Below are positions 39,373 to 47,464 of a stretch of 64,000 bases of DNA, piece by piece. Made by a program: the position numbers and the translations under genes. The notes beneath the pieces are model-generated. The model did no database searches. It was not told the DNA's origin and saw nothing but the letters and a program-made list of their open reading frames with translations. Source of the DNA: Candidatus Pacearchaeota archaeon (GTDB lineage Archaea; Nanobdellota; Nanobdellia; Pacearchaeales; GW2011-AR1); assembly GCA_017609755.1 (NCBI GenBank), contig JAFCDI010000001.1:4400-68399 (forward strand), written 5' to 3'. Position 1 is the stretch's first letter. Each line of letters starts with the position of its first letter.

Positions 39373-40188
39373 TTATTCAATATTGATCCTTGGAATAATA
39401 CTAAATAAAAGATTTTTCTCTAGAGTATTTTCTTTTAAAGACCTCCATTCATCGGAAGCCTTTCTAAAATACTCTGAGTTTATTCCAGCAATCACAGATA
39501 AAATTTCTATATCATAAAGATCAGAAACAAATCTCAATTCTTCTGCAAAATCTAAATCAGTAGGAGTCATCATAGCATATCTTCTGTAAGAATCAATTCT
39601 TTCTAATCTCTTAGCAATTTCCTTTTCATTTAGATTTAATGTTTTAGAAAGAGCTTGCTTAAAATGAGGATTCCTTATTAAAGAGTTTACGCTTCTAGCT
39701 AATTTTGGGATAACAATGTCTTCTGGAGAAGAAACAACATACGTTCCTTTACTTTTTTCAATTATCTTTCTTTTTGAATTATTTAATTCTCTTTCTAATC
39801 TATTTTTTGAATTGTCGAAACTTTTTTTATTTCTTCTTGAAAATTCAATAAGTAATTGCTCTCCTTTTTTGTTTTCAACTTCTAAATTAAATGCTCTAGA
39901 ACGTTGTTTAGTTTCAACAAGATATCCATTATCCTCAAGATATTCTCTAACAATTTTAGTAAATTCCTTAAAATCCGAGTAATTTAATGGTCGAACAACA
40001 GAAAGGTCAATATCAGAAGTTGGTCTTCTACAATTAGAAGGTATATAAGATTGTGTAGCCATTCCTCCCACCACATAATAAGGCTCTTTATCTGTTAAAG
40101 TTCCAACTGCTTCTAAACCAACTCGAGCAAACCTATCATCGAGTGTTACAGGATTAACTTTTAGTTTTCTTACTTCTCCTTTTACCAT
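39373..40188 (-). CDS. Pol-beta-superfamily nucleotidyltransferase, AbiEii/DUF1814-like
   Basis: GGMATQSYIPSNCRRPTSDIDLSV gives a GG ... (D/E)h(D/E)h signature with AbiEii-like spacing. No adjacent AbiEi-like partner. Confidence 0.45.
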   Translation of the reverse strand: MVKGEVRKLKVNPVTLDDRFARVGLEAVGTLTDKEPYYVVGGMATQSYIPSNCRRPTSDIDLSVVRPLNYSDFKEFTKIVREYLEDNGYLVETKQRSRAFNLEVENKKGEQLLIEFSRRNKKSFDNSKNRLERELNNSKRKIIEKSKGTYVVSSPEDIVIPKLARSVNSLIRNPHFKQALSKTLNLNEKEIAKRLERIDSYRRYAMMTPTDLDFAEELRFVSDLYDIEILSVIAGINSEYFRKASDEWRSLKENTLEKNLLFSIIPRINIE

Positions 40189-40304
40189 AAGATATTTATC
40201 ATCTTTTTTCCTTATAAATCTTTCTATATGTAACTCCTAAAGAGTTACAACTATAACTAAATTAGAGTAATAACATTTATAACTTTTATTTTTGTGTTAT
40301 AAGC

Positions 40305-40736
40305 ATGAAGAAAAAAAGAGGAAAAACTCAAAATCAAAAAACTAAAGGAAAATCTAATGAAAAAGAATTACATCTTCTAGTTTTTAATACTCCCAGAACA
40401 TTTGGACAAAAAGCTTCAGATAGATTAACAAAAATAGCAGGTAGTTGGGGATTTATAATTGGATTTCTTGTTTTTATTGCGATTTGGATGTATTTTAATG
40501 TGCATATTCTTATTCAATATCAATTAGGAAAACCCTGGGATCCTTATCCATTTATTCTATTAAATCTAATTTTATCTTGTCTCGCAGCAATTCAAGCTCC
40601 AATAATTTTAATGAGTCAAAATAGACAAGCTCAAAGAGATAGAATTAAAGCTCAAAATGATTATAGAGTAAATAAAAAAGCAGAAGAAGAAATAAGAGAA
40701 ATAAAAAATCTTTTATTGAAAAGAAAACACAAATAA
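40305..40736 (+). CDS. DUF1003-family membrane protein
   Basis: Two TM. DPYPFILLNLILSCLAAIQAPIILMSQNRQAQRDRIKAQNDYRVNKKAEEEI matches my recollection of DUF1003. Confidence 0.5.
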   Translation: MKKKRGKTQNQKTKGKSNEKELHLLVFNTPRTFGQKASDRLTKIAGSWGFIIGFLVFIAIWMYFNVHILIQYQLGKPWDPYPFILLNLILSCLAAIQAPIILMSQNRQAQRDRIKAQNDYRVNKKAEEEIREIKNLLLKRKHK

Positions 40737-41138
40737 TTACTTCTTTTTATAAGAATTATCTTTTAAAATTATTCCAAAATCTTTTTCATCTAAAGGAGAA
40801 ATAACTAAAATTCCTTGTTCTCTAAGAGACTTTATTTGTTTTTTTAAGGAACCATATATTTTTTGAATCTTTTTTTTATCTCCTCCATAAGAGTCTCCAA
40901 AATTATAAGCATTGTAAAGTGTAAAGTCAAAAATATCTGTTTCTCCTTTTACATTCGCTAATGAATATTCTATGTTTAAATTAACTCTAAGATTATTTTC
41001 ATTTAATAAATTTAAAATATTTCCATTTAATCTTTGTTCTAATTTAATATTCACTTTTTTTGGTTTAGCTTCGACTATTTTTTTAGTTGCTTCATTTATA
41101 TTTTTAGGTCCAAAAACCGAATATCTTAAATTTTTCAT
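40737..41138 (-). CDS. hypothetical protein
   Basis: 133-aa ORF. Confidence 0.3.
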   Translation of the reverse strand: MKNLRYSVFGPKNINEATKKIVEAKPKKVNIKLEQRLNGNILNLLNENNLRVNLNIEYSLANVKGETDIFDFTLYNAYNFGDSYGGDKKKIQKIYGSLKKQIKSLREQGILVISPLDEKDFGIILKDNSYKKK

Positions 41139-41389
41139 TTTAAAGTTTAGTTCAAAGAGATAAAAGCTTTTTAAATTTTTTGAAAATTTAAGAAGATTTA
41201 TAAAAATTAAAAGTTTGAATAAATAATGGAAAATAAAACAATTGAAGAAATTTTTAGAAATGCTTTAAAAGAAAATATTGAGGAAATATCAGAAGAAAGA
41301 GCAGATAAAATTTTTTATAGAATTAGAAAAGAGTATGAAAAAAGATTGAATCTTGAGAATAAAAACAAATATAATTTTTATAATAAAAA

Positions 41390-42646
41390 CTAAATTGTTA
41401 ATCTTTTATTAAATTCTCCAACAAAATTGTTCAGCATTCTCTCTCTAATTTTCCAATTCTTATGTCCCAAAACCCATCCTAATTTAACTAAAGCTGTTTC
41501 AGCAAGCATATCTTCTAAATAAATTACTCCTGTTTCTAATAATTCTCTTCCTGTAGAATAAACAAGAGGATCTAATCTTCCATAAATTGTTTGAGGAGCA
41601 GCACAGACAATTATTCCTTTTTTAATAACTTCTTTTAATTTTTTAGTCCAACTTAATCTAGATTCTTTAGTTGCAACATGCCCTAAACCCATCATTTCAA
41701 TTACAATTCCTCTATAATTATTTTTAACATAATAATCTAAAATATCTGGATTTTGTCCCGGATAAAATTTTAATAAAGCTACTTTTTCTTCAAAAAAAGT
41801 ATCTGCTTTCACTTTATTTTTATTTCTAATATTATAATCTGAAATTTTAGAAAGAGTATCTTTAGATATTTTTGCAAAAGGTTTTCCATTAACTACTTGA
41901 AATGCGTCTCTTTTAGAAGTGTGAAGTTTTCTTACTTTTACTCCAGGCATTGCATAACAAAAATCATCATTAGAAGATGCATGCCCTACAACCATAACTT
42001 CTGCAATATCTGAAATAGCTGCTAATGCAGCACATCTCAAATTTAAATTAGCATCTGAAGAAGCTCTATCAATACTTCTTTGAGAATAAGTTAAAACTAC
42101 TGGCTTGTTTACTTTTCCAAGAAAAAAAGAAAGTGCAGAAGAAACATAATGCAAACTATCTGTTCCAGAAGTAACAATCACTCCTTTAAGATGCATTTCA
42201 TTTAATAATTTTTCAACTTCCTTTGCAATTTTTTTCCAATCTTTAAAATCCATATTCTCAGAGCCTTTCATAAAAGGAATTCTTATTTTTGAAACATTAA
42301 CTTTTTCAAAAAGTTCTGGATAAATTTTAAACAATTCTTCAGGAGTATTTAACCATTTAACTGCTCCTGTCTTAGAATCTAGTTTAGAAGCAATTGTTCC
42401 TCCAGTAAGCACCATTGCTATATCTGGCTTCTTACTACTTTTTTCAATTTTCAAAGAAGTTTTCTTTTCTTTTGCTTTTTTTAAAGTTCTAATATAAGAA
42501 ATTTCTCTTTTATCAAATCCAATATTATATCCTGAATTCAATTTTAAAAGAATTTTTCCTTTTTCAGATTTAGGAGTTTCTAAAAGAACTCCTTCATAAA
42601 TAGTCTTCATTAAATGAATTTCTACATAATCTCCTGGATTTGCCAT
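41390..42646 (-). CDS. gatD: Glu-tRNA(Gln) amidotransferase subunit D (GatD, asparaginase-like)
   Basis: VLTGGTIAS asparaginase signature with an N-terminal extension. 418 aa. Confidence 0.75.
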   Translation of the reverse strand: MANPGDYVEIHLMKTIYEGVLLETPKSEKGKILLKLNSGYNIGFDKREISYIRTLKKAKEKKTSLKIEKSSKKPDIAMVLTGGTIASKLDSKTGAVKWLNTPEELFKIYPELFEKVNVSKIRIPFMKGSENMDFKDWKKIAKEVEKLLNEMHLKGVIVTSGTDSLHYVSSALSFFLGKVNKPVVLTYSQRSIDRASSDANLNLRCAALAAISDIAEVMVVGHASSNDDFCYAMPGVKVRKLHTSKRDAFQVVNGKPFAKISKDTLSKISDYNIRNKNKVKADTFFEEKVALLKFYPGQNPDILDYYVKNNYRGIVIEMMGLGHVATKESRLSWTKKLKEVIKKGIIVCAAPQTIYGRLDPLVYSTGRELLETGVIYLEDMLAETALVKLGWVLGHKNWKIRERMLNNFVGEFNKRLTI

Positions 42647-42678
42647 GATTTTTCTAAGAAACTATAAATTAAAAATGT

Positions 42679-43074
42679 TTACACAGTTAAAATATCAAAG
42701 ATAATTCCTATAATTAAAGCTAAAATAGAAAGAAGAAAAATAAGAGCAGAATTCCATCTTGATTTTGAAGTATATGTTGTAATTATAACATGCATCAAAG
42801 CCTTTTTTTGTAGGGAGGTTATGCCTTTTACTTTTTTAACTACTTTATTTAATTCATAGTCTTCTATTAATTTGATTCTTCTTGTTTGTGCATCAAAACG
42901 ATGTCCAAAGTATATAATAAATCCTACTGTTCCAATATACCAAGATATTTTTACCCAAAGAGGATTATAAAAATTTAAAACAATAATAATTCTATATGCT
43001 AAAGTAGCTATAATTCCAATTAAAAAAAATGAAAATCTAGTAGAACTACCTAAATTTTTTATTTTTTCTTTCAT
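42679..43074 (-). CDS. small membrane protein (3-4 TM), hypothetical
   Basis: Hydrophobic segments throughout 131 aa. Confidence 0.35.
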   Translation of the reverse strand: MKEKIKNLGSSTRFSFFLIGIIATLAYRIIIVLNFYNPLWVKISWYIGTVGFIIYFGHRFDAQTRRIKLIEDYELNKVVKKVKGITSLQKKALMHVIITTYTSKSRWNSALIFLLSILALIIGIIFDILTV

Positions 43075-43080
43075 TTTAAT

Positions 43081-44223
43081 TTATCTCAAAGCTAAAAAAA
43101 CCTCCCTAATTGCTCCTAAAATAAATATTCCAATCAAAAACCAAATTAAAAATTTATTAACAGGAATTTTATATTCTGGTTTTCGGCTTCCTTGTTTTTT
43201 TGCTTTTTTAATCATTAAAAGAACTAAAACAGCAGTTAATCCTCCTGCAACAACACCTCCTATAGAAAGAATGTGAGTAAATGAAAAAAAATCAAAAAAT
43301 CTAATAAATACAAAAATTAAAAGAGGAAGAACTGAAACAAAAAACCAGGCTTTTCTTCTTTCCATTCTTTCATCAAAAGTAAAATTTTCTTCTAGAGCAT
43401 TTCCAAGTGCAAGCCAAGAAGTAAACATTGTAAAAAGTCCTAAAAAAATAAAAAGAGGCCCTAATGCTAAAGTTGATATTTCTGGAGTTTGAATGCCTTT
43501 ATATCCTACAACAATTAAAGTAAAAACAAAATAAAAAATTACGCAAATAAGAGTTCCAGTAAAAAGAGCTTTTTTAACTAGTTTTTCTCTGCCCTTTAAA
43601 ACAATTCTTATTTCTGGAATTGCATGAAAAGACATTAATGCAAACAAAATTACTCCAAAAGGTAGAAAAATATTGCTAAAATTAATATTTATTAAATTAG
43701 AATAATCCACTTTCTTAAAAAAGAAAATAATTATAAAAACAAGTAATCCTAAAACAATTGAAACTCCTATTTTTTCAAATTTTTTCAAATTTTTAAGTCC
43801 TTTCCACAATAATCCAGACATTCCAATTCCAAATAAAATTCCAAACAAAGTTGTATGACTTAAATCTCCAAAAACTAAAAAACTCAAACTTTCTCCTGCA
43901 CCAAGCATATAAGCTAAAATCGCAGAATAAATACCAAAAATAGTTGCAAATTCCATAAATTTTCTTCCTCTTTTTCCAAGATATCTATCTGCATATCCTA
44001 TTAATTGATGCTCTCCTTTAGTTCTCAAACAAATTTCTCCAAAATAAAGATTAACTAAAAGAAGAATTCCTCCAAGCAAAACAATATAAAATACTGCTGC
44101 AAAAAAGCCTGCTTGAGCTGCAACATAAGGAATACCTAGTACTCCTGCTCCAATACAAGTTCCAATAAGTATTGAAATTGCAATTACAAGATTTTTTTTA
44201 TCAGCACCTATTTTTAATTCCAT
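43081..44223 (-). CDS. amino acid transporter (Aa_trans/aromatic amino acid permease-like, about 11 TM)
   Basis: 380 aa polytopic. N-terminal IGAGVLGIPYVAAQAGF motif typical of amino acid/auxin permease-family carriers. Confidence 0.55.
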   Translation of the reverse strand: MELKIGADKKNLVIAISILIGTCIGAGVLGIPYVAAQAGFFAAVFYIVLLGGILLLVNLYFGEICLRTKGEHQLIGYADRYLGKRGRKFMEFATIFGIYSAILAYMLGAGESLSFLVFGDLSHTTLFGILFGIGMSGLLWKGLKNLKKFEKIGVSIVLGLLVFIIIFFFKKVDYSNLININFSNIFLPFGVILFALMSFHAIPEIRIVLKGREKLVKKALFTGTLICVIFYFVFTLIVVGYKGIQTPEISTLALGPLFIFLGLFTMFTSWLALGNALEENFTFDERMERRKAWFFVSVLPLLIFVFIRFFDFFSFTHILSIGGVVAGGLTAVLVLLMIKKAKKQGSRKPEYKIPVNKFLIWFLIGIFILGAIREVFLALR

Positions 44224-44240
44224 TTCAACTTCTTTTTTTA

Positions 44241-44385
44241 TAGGCTCGGAGGGAATTGAACCCTCATCTACAGGGTTTTTCAGCGATTTACACTTTTAAT
44301 CCATCAAGGGAAGGTAGTGCGGTAGGAAACCATTAGGTGTCCTTCGCTCCGAAACCTGTCATCCTATCCATTGAACGACGAGCCT
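44241..44385 (-). tRNA. tRNA-Arg(UCG) with an approximately 73-nt intron at the canonical 37/38 position (145-nt gene)
   Basis: On minus strand: acceptor aggctcg/cgagcct (7 bp), U8, D-stem gttc/ggat, anticodon stem acagg/cctgt (5 bp), loop ttTCGg + intron + c, variable agat, T-arm gaggg-ttcaatt-ccctc. BHB: central helix tttc/gaaa, bulges gg(a) and aac, outer helix agcg/cgct. Confidence 0.65.
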
Positions 44386-44559
44386 TTGAAAAGAGGCAAA
44401 CTTACTTTATTTCAATTGATTTTTCAGATGTAAGTAGAGCCTAAAAATATAATGAAAAAAAGGTTTTTATATCTTATTTATTTTTATCAAAAAACTTAAA
44501 AAAATAAATAAAAGCTAATCAAACCTTAATTTAATAAACCCAAAATAACTTATTTTAAT

Positions 44560-46008
44560 ATGACTAAAAAATCTAAAGAAGGATTAAGTGTAAAAAAACA
44601 AGAAAATTTTAGTGAATGGTTTAGTCAAATTCTAAAAAAGGCAGAATTAATAGATTTAAGATTAGATTTAAAGGGATTTATGGTTTATCGTCCCTTAGCT
44701 GCTCAAATAATTGAAAATATGTTTAAATTATATGAAGAAGAACTTCAAAAAAGAGGGCATGAATTAACTAGAATGCCTATGGTGATTCCAGAAGAAAATC
44801 TAAAAAAAGAGGCATCTCATGTTAAAGGATTTACTCCAGAAGTTTTTTGGTTAAAAGAAATAGGAAATGAAAAATTAGCATTGAGACCAACAAGTGAAAC
44901 ACTTTATACTCCAATGTTTAGTTTATGGATTAATAGTTACAGAGATTTGCCAATGAAACTATATCAAAAAGGTTCTGTTTTTCGTTTTGATACAAAAGCA
45001 ACTCGCCCATTAATCCGTACAAGAGAAATTATTTGGATAGAAACTCATAATGCTTTTGCAACAAAAGAAGAAGCTGAAAAACAGGTTCAAGAAGATATTG
45101 AAATAACAGAAAAAGTAATGCATCAAAAATTTGGAATTCCTTTTTTACCAATGAAAAGACCTTCTTGGGATAAATTTCCAGGAGCAGAATATACAATTGG
45201 TTCAGATGTTTTCATGCCAGATGGAAAATTAATTCAACAACCTTCAACGCATTTAATGGGACAAAAGTTCTCAAAAGTGTTTGAGGCAACCTTCAAAAAC
45301 TTCAATGAAAAAAAAGAATATTTGTGGACTACTGCTTATGGGCCTGCAATATCTAGAATTTTTGCTTCTATAATTGCTACTCATGGAGATGATTCTGGAT
45401 TAATTATTCCCTTTTGCATAGCTCCAACACAAGTAATTATAATTCCTATCTTTAATGCAAAAAACAAAAATGTTCTTCTCAAAGAAGCTAAAAAAATAAA
45501 GAAAAAATTAGAGAGTCTTGGAATAAGAAGTAAAATAGATGATAGTGAAAAAAGACCTGGAGAAAAATATCATATTTGGGAATTAAAAGGAGTTCCTTTT
45601 AGAATAGAAATTGGAGAAAAAGAATTAAATTCAAAAAAAGTAACTCTATATACTAGAGATTTAGGAAAAAAAGAATTCTTGAAAACTAAAGAAATTTCAA
45701 AATTAAAAAAACTTGGAAAAATTTTCGATGAAAGAATAAAAGAAAAAGCAGAAGAAATAATGAATGGAAGAATTTTAAATGCTAAAACAAAAGAAGAATT
45801 AAAAAAAATAATAAAAAACAAAAAAATTGCCAGAATTAATTTTTGTTCCACAAAAGAATCCGGAGAAAAATGTGCACAAATTATTGAAAAAGAAATTAAT
45901 GCAGAAATTAGAGGAAATCTAGCAAATAAAAAAGAAAAAGCAACAGGAAAATGTATTATTTGTGGAAAATCTGCAAAAGAAGTAGTCTATGTGGGAAAAA
46001 GCTACTAA
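44560..46008 (+). CDS. proS: prolyl-tRNA synthetase (archaeal/eukaryotic type)
   Basis: Class II motifs (FRFDTKATRPLIRTREIIWIETH), C-terminal zinc-binding CIICGK extension. 482 aa. Confidence 0.85.
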   Translation: MTKKSKEGLSVKKQENFSEWFSQILKKAELIDLRLDLKGFMVYRPLAAQIIENMFKLYEEELQKRGHELTRMPMVIPEENLKKEASHVKGFTPEVFWLKEIGNEKLALRPTSETLYTPMFSLWINSYRDLPMKLYQKGSVFRFDTKATRPLIRTREIIWIETHNAFATKEEAEKQVQEDIEITEKVMHQKFGIPFLPMKRPSWDKFPGAEYTIGSDVFMPDGKLIQQPSTHLMGQKFSKVFEATFKNFNEKKEYLWTTAYGPAISRIFASIIATHGDDSGLIIPFCIAPTQVIIIPIFNAKNKNVLLKEAKKIKKKLESLGIRSKIDDSEKRPGEKYHIWELKGVPFRIEIGEKELNSKKVTLYTRDLGKKEFLKTKEISKLKKLGKIFDERIKEKAEEIMNGRILNAKTKEELKKIIKNKKIARINFCSTKESGEKCAQIIEKEINAEIRGNLANKKEKATGKCIICGKSAKEVVYVGKSY

Positions 46009-46250
46009 TTCTAAAAAATATATTCTTTATGTAAAGTCAGAATCAAAAGAGATATTAAATACTATCTAGTAGGAGAAGAATTACTTTTAGAACAATCTTT
46101 TATTCGCATTCTATACAGGAGTTTAATTCATCTTCTAATCTAAAAGTTATCTCTAAAAGAAGACTCAATTCATCCTCCACTTTTTTTTGCTCCATTTTCT
46201 TTTGGGACTCCATTTTATTAAATTCCCAATTTAAAACAGAAGTATCTTGG

Positions 46251-46290
46251 GCCTGAATTTACTAAGAAGAAAGTTCAATTCAATTCAGGC
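46251..46290. repeat. perfect 9-bp inverted repeat (gcctgaatt ... aattcaggc) with a 22-nt loop. A third cctgaatt copy lies at 46303-46310.
   Basis: Read directly in the 410-bp non-coding gap 46009-46420. Confidence 0.6.
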
Positions 46291-46420
46291 GCAAGAGAGA
46301 TACCTGAATTAAATTGGAATGTTTTTAATCAGAGTGTAGACTAAGCAATTTCTAGACATTGGCTTAAACTTCCACTCATCATTCATAGAATAATTAAGAA
46401 ATTCTTATTTTTATATTTTT

Positions 46421-47464
46421 CTATTTTAAAGCTTTAATTAATTCTTCTTGAAATCTATCCAGATTATTAAAACTTATTTGAATTCCAACCGCTGCTTCGT
46501 GTCCTCCTCCAGTAGCTCCTTCAAAATTTTCAAGTACTTTAAGAACAGGTTCTCTAATATTTTTTCCTCTTATAGATATTCCTACTCTAGAACCAGAAAT
46601 TTTTGCAACAGCAATTATTTTTTCAGGAAAAAGATATTTTAGCTTATTAGAAATTTCTGCACTCATACTTATATCTCCACTATATTTAAAAAAAATTATT
46701 TTTTCAAAAGTATTAGCTTGTTTTTTTGCTTTATCAATTAATTTTTGATATTTTGAGTATAGTTCTCTAAATCTTTTATGCATAGAGTGTGTCTGAGAAT
46801 TATCTTCTAAAACTTCATAAGGAGATTTAACTTTTCTAAGAAATTTCAACATATTAATTACATTAGTTGTTCTATCCATTAAAGCAAAACAAAAAATTCT
46901 TGCAATTTTTCCAATTTGAGAATTATAATATATTTCAAAAGCATCTTCAGAACTCACAGATAAATCTGGAAAATCCTTTTTAAAATTCAAATAATATTTT
47001 GGAACAAATTTATCAGAAATACATCCAACAATTGCTATCCATCTATCTTCTTTTTTATTTGATATTTGATAGCAAAGAGCAGTAACAGGCTCATTTGATT
47101 TTTCTGTATTAAAAACAGGATTATAATAATTTACAAATTTAGGAATTTTTTTTCTATCTATATTATGATGGTCTATCCAAACAACTGGAAGATTAATCTC
47201 TCTTACTCTCTTAAAAAATCCTTCAGAAACCTCTGGCTGATCTAAAATAAAAAGATAATCTGGCTTTAATTCATTAATTTTTCTAAAATAATCTTCTGTT
47301 AATTCTGGAGAAGTTTTTATTGGAAAACCTTTTCCTTTATCAATATATCTCTGTAACAAAAGAAAAGAACAAAGCCCATCATTATCATTATCAAAAAAAA
47401 ATAAAGGATTCTGTGCTTTTTCTAGATGAACTCTAATTTCTTTAATCTGATTTGCTGTCAACAT
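46421..47464 (-). CDS. DHH/DHHA1 phosphoesterase (NrnA/Pde2-like, candidate c-di-AMP / pApA phosphodiesterase)
   Basis: DNDNDGLCSF (DHH motif I), WIDHHN (DHH), C-terminal GATGGGHEAAVG (DHHA1 GGGH). 347 aa. Starts 1 nt after the disA stop. Confidence 0.75.
   Translation of the reverse strand: MLTANQIKEIRVHLEKAQNPLFFFDNDNDGLCSFLLLQRYIDKGKGFPIKTSPELTEDYFRKINELKPDYLFILDQPEVSEGFFKRVREINLPVVWIDHHNIDRKKIPKFVNYYNPVFNTEKSNEPVTALCYQISNKKEDRWIAIVGCISDKFVPKYYLNFKKDFPDLSVSSEDAFEIYYNSQIGKIARIFCFALMDRTTNVINMLKFLRKVKSPYEVLEDNSQTHSMHKRFRELYSKYQKLIDKAKKQANTFEKIIFFKYSGDISMSAEISNKLKYLFPEKIIAVAKISGSRVGISIRGKNIREPVLKVLENFEGATGGGHEAAVGIQISFNNLDRFQEELIKALK

Noticed and set aside
44241-44385. Initial reading of the long-intron tRNA as tRNA-Pro(CGG), and the idea that A1:U72 marks an initiator tRNA
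   Set aside because: A register with anticodon stem acagg/cctgt gives a perfect 5-bp stem, U33, a 4-nt variable loop and a 4-bp D-stem, with loop ttTCGg-c (Arg, UCG). The CGG register required a mismatched stem and had no room for positions 8-9. There is no CAU anticodon, so it is not an initiator.
46270-46365. RNase P RNA P4-like strings (GAAAGUUC ... GGCUUA) in the 410-bp gap
   Set aside because: The two strands can be paired like P4 with a bulged U, but they are only about 75 nt apart and no other universal RNase P regions were recognised. Kept only as an unspecified ncRNA candidate.
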